A stretch of DNA of 64,000 bases, from assembly GCF_947623445.1 (NCBI RefSeq), contig NC_135248.1:2662977-2726976 (forward strand), in the 5' to 3' direction. Source of the DNA: Clavelina lepadiformis. Taxonomy: Eukaryota. The position numbers and the translations under genes were made by a program. Positions 21,809-36,800 of the stretch are shown in pieces (within the stretch, counting starts at the first letter, position 1; every line of letters starts with the position of its first letter). A model generated the notes under the pieces. It searched no databases. It saw only the letters and a program-made list of their open reading frames with translations, and was not told the DNA's origin.

Positions 21809-24800
21809 GTATTGTGTTTCGATTCTTCTAAATTAGACATTTATTGTTGACAACTTATAAAACAGTTTTTTAAAATTTGATGTTATTGTTGTATTTGTTG
21901 CGTAACATTACTTACAATGTGCAGCCTATAGGCTATAGATATTGATGATATATATAGATATATTGTATAGATACATAAAATTAAAAATACTTGTTTTGTT
22001 TTAGGTGGAGATTGTTATAAATGAAAAGTATAACAAAACAAAGCTCGACTTTTTTAATTCTGGATGCAATTACAAACCTGAAGTTCTAGTTACATTCCCG
22101 AAAATAAACGGTTATGACCAGGCTTCAGATCCACACCTTACTAAAATAGATCAAATAAAGGTGACACATGTTGTTTTTTTATTATCTTAGAATAGCTTTA
22201 TATCATACGTATGGAGAATTTTTTGTTTGCCAATGTTTGATTCTGTATATATATGCACATTGAATGGAGGTTTGAATGACACTTCTGACGCCATGTTATG
22301 AATACTTAATATGGTTTCTTGACGGTAGCTGTTCTCCATGGTTCCTATGTACAACAGTTTTATATGAGCTGGCTCAATCAAATGACATTCAAAAGCGATA
22401 CAAGTGCAAGCATCTAATTGCATGTTGTTTATGTGAATATCCTTCACATTTTATATTAATTATTCATATTATTAGTAAGCTGGGTTGGAAGTTACCCTGA
22501 TTTGTCATGTGCATGATATTATCTATAGTATGCAAAGAATATTTTTTTTCAGAATTTGTGTTTTTGATGCCTATTTGACAGAAAACAAAATCATTGGTTG
22601 ATGCTTTACTTTGCAGATTGAGCTGATTGATTGTGTGTGCTCATCACTTTTAAACTCACCAGACTTTAAAAAATGCAGCGACCCAACACACATAACCATC
22701 AAAGAATTGAGCAAAAAAATTGCACGCGTTGACCCTGAGTTCATTTTAAAAGTAAGTTTCTGTCGTAGAGTTTTTTTATCTAAGCATGCCATTGTCAAGT
22801 TAAAACCGACTTCTATTAATATTTCTGCATATAGCTTTTATATTTTTAATGTGGAAATATTTTTTTGGGATATTGTTTCTTGAAAAATTTATTTAATTTT
22901 AAGTTGCGGTACATTTATAGACTGTTTTTATCAGGTTGCATTATATACACGTCAAGATCTAAACATTAGGACCACTGCAAATTTTCTCTTGGCTCTTGCA
23001 ACTTACTTTGTGGAATGTCGACCGTATCTGAAAAAGTATTTCAACTCTTGCATACAACTTCCATCAGATTGGATTGTTGTGGCTGAAATTTATCAGGTAA
23101 TTTCATTATATATATATATAATGTGTATATTATCATTGTATGGATGCAATACGAAAGTGAATTGATTTATACAGTTATAACTTCAGTTAGCTGCATTCTA
23201 TCGATGAATTCATGGAAATATATCTGTGTTTCAATTTATTTTGATATGATTTCATCTCAAAATCTGATATCAGTCGATTTAAGAAAGCTTGATAACTTTG
23301 TTTGAAGAGTTGCTTTGCCAGTGGCAAAAAATCGGTCCCGGCAGCTTTGCGTAAAGTCATGACAGAAAAATTTAAAGACTTCAGTCATTTTCAACTAGGT
23401 AAGTATATATTTGCAGTGGGAGCAGTTTGATATGTTTTGGAAATTTTGTAGTATATTATATACAATCTAATAAAGGCGCTTATTATCGAAGTTGTATTTA
23501 TCGATACAACAAAAAAAGAAATATGAATAAAAAGGAATGTCATTTAATGTGATGTTTGGGTTTGTTTGCTTTCGCAAAGTTTATCGAACCTTGGGAAAAT
23601 TTGAATTCATGTGCCAGGAGATAGTAAATTATTGTGCAACGAAATTATATATTGTTTTGAGCTGATATAAGGTTAGCTACAAAACAAAATTATTGTGTGA
23701 CGCCCTTGGAAAATTAAAACGACCCACAGTTTGAGAACCACTGGCCTAAGCCAAACTTTCAAAGCACCAGTGTATGAGTATTGAGTAGTAGATGCTGTTG
23801 TTACAACAGCTAATTTTGCTTGAATTATTTAGTAGTATTGTTGTTATTGATTGACTCTCACTATTTTTCAGCAAAATACAACAAAGACTCAGCAAAGAAG
23901 GCGAGAAAAAAGAAAGTAAACGCCTTAAAAAACGAAATGAAAGTAAGCACACAAATAGCGGACACCTATTCATTATGTAATGATAACCACTGTTATTTGC
24001 ATTGTTCATTGCTCATGTTGGAACTCCCTTGTATAATCTTGCCTGTTTTTGGTTGTGGTTATAATTCAGCAAATTAACAATGGTTAGGTATTCATGCCAT
24101 TCAGTCAAAGCATGTTATTAGCGCCTTGCGCACTTAACACGATTTAAATTTCCTGTTGCAGTCTTGTGTCGGTTAAATTTATCATTTTATCAAACTAGCA
24201 TATTATTCAGGTTTTAAGTGACAGCTCGTGATTAAAAAACGTGTTGATGTAGTTATTCATTAAATAAAAGCCAACGTTTCCACCTTTGCAGAGAAAGCAA
24301 GTATCAAAGTCATCATCTTCTGGCACTGATTCTGAGTCTGACAGCGATTCAAATGAAGAAGTGGTTGCCATGGAGACAGAAGTTGTTCCCGATGAAGAAG
24401 AGAAGGTTAACCAGAGCGTGATGTCTTTCACCCTGAAGCAATTGATTCGTCAGCTCCACATCACCAAACCTGGTTATCATGTCATGTGCTTGATTGGAAA
24501 AAAGTAAGCGTTTCAATGCTGTTGGAAAGTGTTGGAGAATACCAGGAGCATGGTGCTGTTATGTTGTACGATAAATCAGTCAAACAAGTATTTAAGATTT
24601 GAAAGAGTTGATTAAACGGTTTTACTTTTAATTTTACTTTTCATTCTTTTTCCAGTATTTGTGTGATAGTATCAATAAATATGTTTTCAAGGTATCCAAG
24701 TGACATGGATTCGTTTTATCGAAGCGGTCTCGAAGGTACATGGGATGCTGCGCGGTCAGGCACTCGTATGAAGTTGCCGGTACCAGAGACTTGGGAGACT

Positions 24801-27800
24801 CAGGTGTCGGCAAGAGGAAACAATGCTAAAGTTTGGGAGGAGTTGTTAGGTCAAGATGATCAATTGTTCACTTAATGTTATGTAATAAGTTAATAACGCA
24901 AAATAAAAATGTATAATTGTCAATTACACCAAACTTTTGCCACTTTTTTCTAATTTTGCCTCCATAAATATTCACCGTTGGATATCAGATGTTTTTAGAT
25001 AATTTCCAACAGCATTGTGCACATTTAAAATAATGTAAAAACTAAGCAATGAAACATTCTAATGGGTTGCATTTGTATAACTGTGCTTCATGCATTCTCA
25101 CAGACCACAATGCTTTACCATTCATGGCCATGCTTCGAAACATTAGGAACTTGATCAAAGCCAACATAAGTGAGAAACACCACAAGCAGGTTCTTAACAA
25201 ACTTCGCAGTGAGGTAATGTTTTCATTTTCAATTGATCGTTTTTTATTGCGTTGGCAGTTTATTGTGTTAAAATTCGGATTTTAACAGATCCGTCGAACT
25301 TTCTTGCTCAAAATGAACTAAAATACATAAAAATGTATTCTAGAAAGCCGTTGCTCGAAGTCGACAGTTTCCTGTAAGTTTCTTTTCCGCATATGCTGTG
25401 TTGGATGAGTTGGAAAAAGATATTGAACAGCAAAGTGGGTGAAAATGCTTAAACCTGGGTGTTTTTTACTTAAATTTAAATGGTTTGACATACAGTCAGA
25501 CGTCGTTAACCCGGACAACTCTGTTGCGTCATAAAATGTCGGTTTAGCTAGATATCCGTATTATCGGAAAGCGAAAAATCAATCAATCTTGCAAATGCAG
25601 CATCGTGTTCGAAAAGCAGTATAATAAAATTCATAGGAAGAAATCCGTTTCCAACAGTTTTGTGTCGGATAACGGGGATTCTGGTTGTTCGGGGTTCGGA
25701 TTGACGAGGTCTCACTGTATATATTTAAAACATTCAAATACGCAGTTGTTATGGAAACTATATTTATGGAAAGCTGTTATGTTTTGAATTGAATAGCAAA
25801 TTGTTGGGAGTTATGACTCATATGCTGAATGAACTTAAGAGCCAGCTTATTTAGACTATCCTTTAGACTGATTTTAGTGTATATATATATATATATAATA
25901 AGTATGCAACTGCACTGTGAAGCAGAAATTGCTTTTGTCAGCGAGTATTCATTGTCACATTTTTCACGTACATTAGAACTCTACAAGCAGAAAGGCGTCA
26001 AAGCACTTCTCTCAAAAGGTCTGCAGGAAGTTTATAAAAAGAGAACCTACGGGTCTTTGCAGTGTTCAAAGTCAGCTGAAGAGAAGAAAATCGATACAAT
26101 TCGACGTCAGCTGCACAAAAAATATGACAAGTATGATATATTAATAAATAATACATTGCATTTGTGTCTCAATGCTTCAAATCTCATCTTCAAAACGATA
26201 TTGCCCCTTTCTGCCCTTCCATTTGGGTTTCATACTGTCGGCAATTACATGTGCAGTGAAAGCTCGTTAACTAAAAGCGGAAGAGATCGGTTAAGTTACT
26301 TCAGTTTATCTGAAGCCGGTTAATAGTTGTCAGGATGAGTGAAGCCGTTTTGTGTCAAGCATAATAAGGTAGCGGACTCCCACTGTCTTTAATATTCTTT
26401 ATACTTGGTTTATTGTATTGTTGCTGTGTAAATGTAGCATAACAATCAGTTCCATTTCTAATTTTGTCATGAGTAGATTTATGTCCCTATGTGCAATTGT
26501 GCATTAAGTAATTGTTTAGAACGTTATAACGATTTGCCAATGTATGTCAGGCAATGTTGCAATAAGAGTGTGTGTACAGCTTTTTTTTTCTTGTATGCAC
26601 AACTATAACGGTACTGTTTGTTGTTGGAATGTATGTTAACTCTGACTGTGTGTTAAGCACGCGCTGGTTATATTTGTTGTAAACGTAGACATATTAGGAA
26701 TTTATCACAAATTTAATACTTTGTAAAAATATTTCAGGCCATATCAATTTGATGCCGTCATACTACAAAGATATAGAAAAGCTCTCAACCGTGCCGTGGA
26801 GCTCGCGGCTTCATCCAACGTGGCTCCAATCAGGGGCCACACCCTACTTCTTTGTGAGGCATCAGACAGCATGAGCCAGCCCTGTAACAGTGCTAAATCT
26901 GTTGGTAAGTGATATATGCTAAAATTCATGCACTGATTACATGCTCAGGAGACCTGGATGTTTGGTTACAAAATGCTTCATTATGCTGCCTATGCTACAT
27001 TTATTGTGAATGTTGTAAATGATTTGGTGCTGGCATGAATGTGTTTTGTCAAGGGTCCAAACGCACTAAAATGGAAGTTGCCATATTGTTTGGATTGATG
27101 TGTGCATATGCTTGCGAAAAGTTCACATTCATAATGTATATAACCTCAGAAACCTATCAAATCGTAGAACTGGAAAAAAATGGTATGTAGTTTGCCAATT
27201 ATGTTAATAATAATCTAAGATTATTTGCTTGATATTACAATAATGTAGTCCTTCTCAATTCTTTTTTAAACAGAATCAGTGCAGATTGTGTCCACATCAT
27301 AAAAGTTTGTTTATCATTTTACAGGCATTTTGGAAAATTTAAACAGTCTTTTAAAACTGAGTGAGTCTCTAAGAGAAATGGCATTCCAGGAAAGTCACAC
27401 GAGCGATGATTCTGTCCCATTCCAATACCTCCACAAATCCTTGGTAGATTTTATCTACTACGACAATCTGGTTCATTTGTCCAGTGTTATGTCACATGGA
27501 GGTCAATCTAAGATGGAAGACTTTCTAGCAAAGCAAGTTTAAATTTAACTTAAAGTGGGGATGAGACCAGTTTTGCATCAACTTCTTTGACTGTATATTG
27601 TTTATATATTCAAAATCGTTCATGATAAGCTAATATTTCATTCACAAGGAACCTCAGCATTCTAAAGTTTAGTGTAGCATTGATGCAGCTTAAGGTGAAC
27701 TTTGCATAGAACATTTTTACCTTTTTAACTATAGGTACAGAGACCAAATGAATGCCAAACTTATGTATTTTGATATCAATCTCTCGGGAGGCAGAAGCAG

Positions 27801-30800
27801 ATTGACAATGAGTGAATCGTCTTCTAGAAATGTGAAGGTGATGACTTAAGTTAAAAATATTTTTTTTCATGGCAATTTTCTGCTTTTTATTTGCGACTAT
27901 TTTCTATATACCGGTACTTTTTATTTCAAAATTTTATTTTAAGTTTTAATTATCCTATTCTTTTACATGATAACATTTATGTTGTCATAATTATTCTAGT
28001 TTTAATTAAAATTAATGATATCTGGTAATTTATGCGACTTGCTGATTGTTTTCGGAGCCAGATATCTGGTTACAGTGACCAGATCTTGAGGTACATAGCT
28101 GAAGGAGGTGGAAGAAACCAGCTGTCATATGTTGAAAATATCGATAGAACCAAGAAGCTGTTCGTTGAAGATCTGGACCTGCCTTCTTTGAATGCAGTTC
28201 CCAGAATAATTTTGCACGCAAAGGCAGCACTCAATGTGAAAGTGTTTATCTCATCTACTTTGAAAGGTTGATAACAACTTGGAATCTAGTTCTTTTTTTT
28301 CTAATCGAAGTTGCTTTATTCCAAGCTTTATTGGAACTTATCAAAATAACTTGTATCACAATTCCATGGGCACTCATATTTGTGTACTAGTCCCCACATA
28401 TGTTGTTCTTGTTTAAAAGATATGCATGGTGAAAGGGACATGCTAGTCAGGTATGTCTTCCCTGAACTTCGGAGGCGTGCGCTCCCGTTGAATATTGAGA
28501 TATCCGAATGTGACTTACGCTGGGGAGTCACCACAGATCATTATCAAAGCGTCAAAGTTTGCTTGGATGAGGTGAAGCGTTCTCAACTATTCGTAGGTAA
28601 GGCCCTTTCTGTGGGTAATTAAGTGTTTATTACATATTTGTGAAATATCCACTAATTGTAAGTGTTTAAAAAGTGTTTTTACTGCAACTGTATATTTTAA
28701 AGTCAACTTTTAAATTTCCATCGGTCACCTTTTAATTATGACAGAAGTTTTTGAAGTTTGTTTTCAAAGTGAAGGCCGGTGAGCTTTTATTTTGCTTTAA
28801 TATTCATTGTGTGAGCAGTTTATTTTTAAAAGGATTTTGCTCAGATGTGTTGAAACACCAATTTAAAATGTGATTATCATTCTGATAATAATCCGACCAC
28901 AAATAATAAATTTTTTAATGAGAAATGATGGAAGCAAATAATAATAATATTGATTTATTGGATTTTGATGTGACCCGACCTCGTTTGTATACTTTGTGTT
29001 TTTATTGCATCTTATTTCTTTTTTGTTTTGTCCGTTTCTGCCACGAACAACACTGGCACCAGGTGGCACACAAGAGTGTATTATTAACCAGCCAACCGAT
29101 TCAGCAACTTTTCATGTTCAATTGTTTTTGCCACAGGTCTACTAGGTACTCGATATGGTTGGGTTCCAAAGGCAGCCGACTTACCGCAGGATGGAGAATT
29201 TGCTTGGATACATGACTTACCGGACAAAAGGTCTATCACTGAATTGGAAATGCTTCAGGTAAGAACTGGCGGAAACCGATTCTGTATAGTTCAAACCATT
29301 CACTTTTTTATCTTGCTATTAACATAAATCAGTGCTGAAAAATTGAAACTATTGAAAATTGGAATAGCAATTATTTATTGAAATAACTAAAAAAGCAAAT
29401 TAGCTCATTTTATTTCTGTGCATTAAATATTCTTTTCTTTCAAAAAAAATAATTCCAAAAATTATCGAAACTTTTCGGTTCCAGTGACGTTAAATTTTGT
29501 TTTGTTTAAAACTATTTGTATTTTATTCTATCATCGATTTTCTGCTCAGGGAGCTTTGCAAAACAAAAGTGAGATGAAGGAAAGAGCTTTCTTTTACATT
29601 AGAGATGGGATCAGTCTGGATCAAAACATTCCAAAGAAATTCCAGGATGACTTTGTGGAAACAAATAGCAAAAATATCAAGAAGCTGCAGGTTTGTTCAA
29701 ATTATCAAAAACTGTGTTGTATTTTGATGTGCATTTTTGTCAGTTTTGTGACCTTTAGAAAGTGACCTTTTCAAAACCTCTCAGTTAAAATGGTTCAAAT
29801 AAATTAGGTTTTGTGGATAAATTTTGTAAGGATCTTTTAACTGTTTCTTGCATGGCCTTTTTGATCAAAATTGAGCACGTGCTGCATATAATGTAAATCT
29901 TAAGCTACCCTTTTCAAATTTCTGCTTTGTTGTATTCTTTTTATTGGCAAAATAAAGAAAATCATTTGCTTCAGAATTTGAAGTCTCTCATCCTGAAATC
30001 TGGATTTCCAGTTTACAATAATTATCCTTGTAAGTGGGGCGGTAAAATCAACAACTTGCCTGCAGTAGCTGGATTGGACTTGCTGGCTGAAAAAATTCTC
30101 AATGATCTGTGGCAAGGCATCAAAAATTATGTGGTAGAACATGATCCAGACGAAACACGAGACACAGATGACAAATATCAAAAGGTAGTTTAGACTAATT
30201 AATCTATTGATATATTAAAGATTTTTAACGCTCCGGTACAACTATTGTTTGACGTTTGTTGTGATTCTGTGTTCAGTCATATAATTAAGATGCATCTGAT
30301 CATTTTGAATTATTAACTTCTCACACCTTGTTCCATGAATCTTCTTGTAATACAAATTCGCAAATACATTTAGGCTATTTCCATGCACAAAGACAGTTTT
30401 AAGCTCCATGCTGATAGTTTTGTCGCTCGACAACGTTTGCTCGATTCAACTTTACAAAAACTTCAATCGACTGAAGCGACGCGACAAGGTGGAAAGCTTT
30501 TTGCATTAGTCGGGGAGCCGGGCACAGGGAAAACTTCTTTTCTTTCTGCACTTGCTCAGCAATGTGGTTTGAGAAAACATTGGTTAGTCTTTAACATTTA
30601 ACAACGGTTTTGTGATGTTTGGCAAAAATGTTATGACAATCTTGGTACAGCATAACATTTGTCATGTTGTTTTGATAATCACGATTTCATAAATCTATAA
30701 CTTTTGTTTTAATTATCTTTATCTACTTTTGATAGTGTTACTTTGGTCCATGGTGTCGGAAACGGAGCTGTTTTGTCAAATGATTTACATTTTCTATTAA

Positions 30801-33800
30801 ATGGATTTTCTTACCAGCTCTCAGCGTTGGTTGACACTGAAGGTGTGTTTGACCTTTTTAAAATTGTTGTCATATTCAGTCATGAGACAATTTGTCAGTC
30901 TAAGTAGGAAGACAATAACGACATAAGTTTTGGTTAGGTTAATTGATTTGTTATGACATTTGGTTTGCCAAAACCTTAATGTGCTGGAAATTAACACTTT
31001 TACTGTTTTCAATGCTAAGCTGCCTGATTTTATCCACAGTTTCGCAACGTTGTTATTTCAGAAAGCACTCTACCGTTAACCCTTGACGAAGCGTTGAGCA
31101 CATTTTGGAATTACGTTAAGTTGGTCACAAAGAGACACCAGATGACCATTTACATGTTCATTGACAACCTTGATGCACTGAATGAGTCGCTTCAGGTTGA
31201 AATATTTGTTCCTTTATATCATTAACCAACTACAGTACTTGACAGTATTATACAGACCTTGCCTAATCTTTTTTTACGTTAAATTTAGCTCAAAATTATA
31301 TTTTTTAACTAAAACAGTGGATTCCTGAAGTTTTGCCATCGAATGTTGTACTTGTGGCGAGTTGTCTGAAAGGATTCTCTGCTCACAATGTTCTTGCATT
31401 GAGAAAAGACACCACCATTCTTCCTTGCCCACTGCTTGGCTTAAGGTAACATCTTTGTGTTTCTGTGAATGCCTGAGAACAATCCAAGTTCTTTGCTATA
31501 AGCTTATTGGAATTGGACATACATTTACACTAACTGACGTAGGAAATATTATAACGGTTCAGATATTTTTGATGTTTATTTTTTTGTCACGCCCAATAAG
31601 TTTCGAAATGCAATTTATATTGGTTTAACATCCATCAACTTAAATATGTTGTTATTTTATCATTTCTAGAGATAAAAGCGCAGTTGTTGAAAAAACTCTT
31701 TCAAAGTATGGCAAGACCCTTGATTCAAAGCATTTCAGCAACCGACTGCAAACTTTGGTTTTAAAACGGGAATCGGCCAACCCTTTGTACCTCGCGACCG
31801 CTTGTCAGTACCTAAGGTAATCTCTTACATCTTGCATTACTTACACTACATCTTACATTACTTTTGTACTTCATGCACATGATGTGTGACACCTGAAAAA
31901 ATTTTTCACCAGGTATTTTGCCAGTTTTGCTTCCCTCGGTTTAACTTTGTCTTCATTGCCGCAAGATCTACCAAATATCTTGCAGCTTTGGTTGAATGAA
32001 ACTGAAAAGTACATCACATCATTAGGTTTTCCAATGTTGCCATCTTTGGCTTTGATGATCATCTACTGTTCTAAAACAGGAATTGTAGAAGAGGAACTGT
32101 TTAAAATATTGAAATTTTGGATTGCTGTATTCGGGTGAAAATATAGATATGGTTCGAAATAGTTAAAATGTAGGAAACCTGTTTCTTAAACACTTGTATT
32201 TCTATACAAAATAAGACAATGTTGATTTAACTACTGTGAATGAAAAGCTTATCAGGTATTAATTATTGACATATTGTGTTCAATTAAAATTTTAAAAAGC
32301 TGATCTGTTATTTTAGTCTCTTTATTTTTAACTGTTGTTTTTGCAGTGAGGTCAAAAAAGATGTGAATGTTTTGAATCGAGCGACTTTTCAACACATGCT
32401 CCATTTACTCTCTATCTTCTTATCCGAAGTTGCTTATGACGGCATAACTAAGCTTACATTTGCTCATTCTGTACACGCTGAAGCTATTTGTAAAAGGTGA
32501 TACTGACATAATAAAATGCATGCTTTTCTTAGCTTATGATAACAACTTGCAAAGATATTTTACTACCTTAAGTAATTTACTCATTGATATTAAAATAAGC
32601 TTAGCGTCACAATAACCAATTTTAATTCCGTATTTTTGTGTGTTTTTATATTTCCGCTTATTTCAGTTTTCAGTTTATGCATCAATATACATGCAATACA
32701 TTGATAGCACACGTTTATGTGCAGATACAAGGTTGGAAAGATGTTTGAGTGTTGCAATAAAATGGTCGCTACTTTCCACATGAATCATTTGTTGTCTGCT
32801 CAAGGATTTTCGACGCTGATGACGTCATCACTTCTCAATTTACCAAACTACATTGCACAAGCAAGTAAGTACTGCAAGATGAAATTATGGAATGTCTCGG
32901 AAACAAACAGCTATGTTTGTGTGAGCCGTGTGCTGTGTTTTTCTGGATTGATTTTTAATGTTGCGTCTACTTGATCCCTCTCTTGAAATCCATTTTGAAA
33001 TTGTTTTTATTTTTTTAACCACATCCTGAACAACTGTCGGCTGCATCAGTGGCACTGCTCCTTTAACTTGGCACTGAGGTGTTTTGCTCTAGCATTAGTT
33101 CATAATACTTTGCATGCAAATAAATTATTTACATTACATTGACAGTTAGAAGCTGTGGAATGCTACATGTAAATTGACTATTAAGTTGAAAGCTTGAAAA
33201 GCGATACAGAAATTATTCCTCCCATTAACCTATGTTTTGAAGAATGACATGATCCGGTTGTGAATTATGTCAGTTCCTATGTAATTTGTTGTGTTTGCAA
33301 CAGATGACAACAGCACATTGCTCCAGCTCCTCTCAAATTTTGACTTCATTGAAGCAAAGTGCAGATCAGGTCAAACTGCTCACCTTGTCAAAGATTATTT
33401 GTTGATCGAGCCACCAGCAAAAGCAATTAAAAGCGGAAAAGACTCGAAATGGTTTGTTTTCTCTACCATGTTGTTGAGCTCATTTGGGGCATCAAAAGAT
33501 GAATATCAGAACACTTAGTAGCATCCATATGGGGCATACATGAATTCACACTGTTATAATTACCACAGGGATCTGCATTCCTCTTGCCAAGAGTTCCAGT
33601 CTCTCCTATCATCCAACCTCCATATCCTCCAAGAACATCCGTCATTTCTCTCCCAATTTGCTCTCAACTCTTCGTCTGAATTTTCAGAAATCATTAGAAG
33701 CAAATTAGGTTAGTCTGGTCAGAGTTAGTTAGATTAAGTAGTGTTGCTTTTTATATAACCCCTCTTATAACCGTATTTTATTAATTATTTTCTGGTTACT

Positions 33801-36800
33801 TGCCACAGAGCTCGGATCATCAGCTTTAGATGGCTTTTATTTGATGGAGTCCTTGGATGAAAATTATAGCACAGTCCGTTCAACACAACCAAGTAGTTTG
33901 TCGAATTCTTCAGTCACTTGTGTTGCTGTTTCTCCCAGGTAGGTTTGGTTGTTTGGGAGCTAAATTTTTTGTTTAAGAAAAGCATTTTCTGTGAAGTTTC
34001 GTAAAATATTGTGTTAGCAATTGTAAGAAAATGTTTGAACGGGTTCTGTTAGAAAACAAAACAAAACCCAAGAATCCTGTGAATTAATCTTCAGAAGTTT
34101 ACAGGAAATTCTGAACTCAATAATAACACCTTTTCATTTGATACATCCACAATTTAAATTTAATTCTAATTTCTAACCAGAAATTCTCTTAACGTTGCTT
34201 TGAAAATTCAGCTTTTGCCTGTAATTGCTTTATGTATTTTAATGCACAAACAATTCGTAAATTAACAGAGAAGAAACTGTTGCATGTGCTACAAGAAGCA
34301 GAGTCATTCACATATTTGATGTGCAAAAATCCCAAACTATTCACCAGTTGCAGGCGAAAGCAGCTGTGTCCATTTTGTATTTCATATCTAGGAGAATTCT
34401 TATGTCTGGCCATGCCAATGGTCAGATAATGATTTGGGACGTTACAGGTATGACAGGTTTTCTATTTAACAAAGCTACGTTCATTTTTCATGCCATATTC
34501 ATTATTCACATTAAAAACAGTGAAGAATGCATCTTTCAGATGTGTTTCGGAATGTTGGCAACTGTAAAGTATTCAAATGATACTCAGTAGAGTCCAAAGC
34601 TTTTTATGTGCAGCTGTATAAAGCAGGTTGCATTGATAACTTAAGGTTAACCCAAAAACGTCTGCGCATAAAATGAGTGTTGAATTCGAGGACCAAGTAT
34701 TTATCATAATTCTATATTTTGTGTAAAGAGAAGGTGTAAGTTTACCATAAATATACATCACGTCACTTTCAGATGGTCTTTGTTTGTTTCATCTACAACA
34801 ACACATGAAAATTGTAACTGGCGTCTGCTTGAGCAAACCACATCTGTCGATGGTGACTGTGGCACACGACAAGAAGCTTGTCTTGTGGAAACTATCAGGA
34901 AATAAGCAAGTTCATGGCGTCCCCATAAAGGTCTCCTTTGCACAAGCGATTGCAACAGATAACGTCATCCCCACCTGTGTCGAGTTTCATCCTACCTTGA
35001 TGAGGGTCGCGGTCGGATTATGGGATGCGACGATCCGCATCTGGGATCTTGCAACTGGGAAGCGTGTTGCTGTCTTGAGAGGAAGCTCATCTTCTGTGAG
35101 TATTTGTGACTTGTGTGAATTTTTTAACTTATTTCTGCTCTTTACTGGTAAGTAGTGACACACCGTTAAGGAAATCTGGTTTTAATGACTAAATAATACA
35201 ACTAAATTTTTTCCAAGTTGTCTGTGCGTTAAATAAATTGTTAATAAACGAACACATCAGATTTGATTTGAAATGTTACTGGTATATATAAGGTCTCATT
35301 TTCCGTCAGCTTGTTCTATGAGTACTTGTTCAAAAAAAGATTACTTCTTAAATAACTTAGCACCTAACAGCAGAACGGAGCAATGAATTCGAAAAATACG
35401 AAGCTTACATTCCAAATACTTTGTGAAACAACAGAAATTTCTTCTGCAGGTCACTTCGTTAAAATATTCGCTGTGTGAGGCTTACATCGTGTCCACCTCG
35501 TTGCATTGTGATGTAGTCAGCATATGGTCATCAGAGTCTGGCAATTTAGTAGGTAATTTTGGTGCAAACGGAACCAACTGGATGAACACGCTTGACCTGA
35601 TACCAAAGGATGACGTTGTGGTGGCCGGAGGTAAAGGAGGCAGTAGTCAGTTTGACGGGATTGTCAAAGTATGGAGGAGCACTCTGGGAAAAAGAAACGG
35701 AACTTTATCTACTTCGACTAGTGTAAGACTCTATGCGAAATTTTATTTATGTTATATAATTTAAATATTCCAAAACGGAACTTCAGATATTTTAAAACAA
35801 TGCTCATAAACCAATGATGTTGGGTTTTGACCTATGACCTTTGCAATATATTGCTATTGTTTCAAGGTGGGAAACGCTCTGTGCTGTGCGTTTAATGGAG
35901 ACTGTTCAATGGTTGCCGTCGGTTACCACGAGAAGACGTTGGCAGTGTACAATACTTCCACCATGCAGCTTAATTTCAAGGGAGCCATCCACAGTGATGC
36001 AATAAGGTAGATTTCATGTTTGAATAAGACTGAAGAGATATTGATCTGAACATATTAAAAAATTAGTGTTTCCTGTTAACTGAAAATATTGCCATATGCA
36101 GACATTTGTAATCTGAATGGGCCACTTCATTCACCGACTTATTTTTCAATGAATTTGTAGCAGATGTCTTACAATCTTGTCTTATTATGCACAGTAACTT
36201 TAAATTTACACCTCCCTTTTCATACCTCAAATAATTATATATGCAAAAAAATAAACTTATATCTTATTGATAATTATTTATATGAATTCAACCGATGCTG
36301 GTTTCCTCTTTATTGCAGATGTCTATGTTGGCTTGAAATGACAGAGAATGAGAGCTTGAAAAGTTACGTGGTTTCAGGTTCAGACGACTGCTCGTTGAAG
36401 GTGTTTCAACCTGGAAAGAGTGAAGGTTTAGCTACATGCAAGGGTCACACTGGTAAGATGGGATGGAAAATTTATTCTTTGACTGAGGAAAGTCTGAAAC
36501 TTGGCGATGATTTCTCAAGCTCCAGTTACCGAGCTTGCGTGTGTGCATATTTTTGATAGATGCTTTGCTTTGTATTTTTACATGATCTTGCTCGAATTTG
36601 GGACTGTTCACCACAACCACTTAACAGGGGTAAACATCATTTATGTCTTGGCAAAGGGCATTACAACAGTAGCTCTTCTCGGTATTGATTATGGGATCGC
36701 ATCATTGCTAACCTAACGCTCTAATCACTCTGCTACTGCTCGTGCCGACATGTGCAAAATGTTGGCATGTTGCAATTTTTGCCAAAATGTCTTGCTTGTT

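Noticed and set aside
23100-23125. (TA)n and (TATATA) microsatellites at 23100-23125 and 25875-25900.
   Set aside because: Ordinary intronic simple repeats in AT-rich DNA. Not interesting beyond noting them.
24207-24431. Minus ORF antisense to the acidic TEP1 exon.
   Set aside because: Antisense artefact of a Ser/Asp/Glu-rich codon run.
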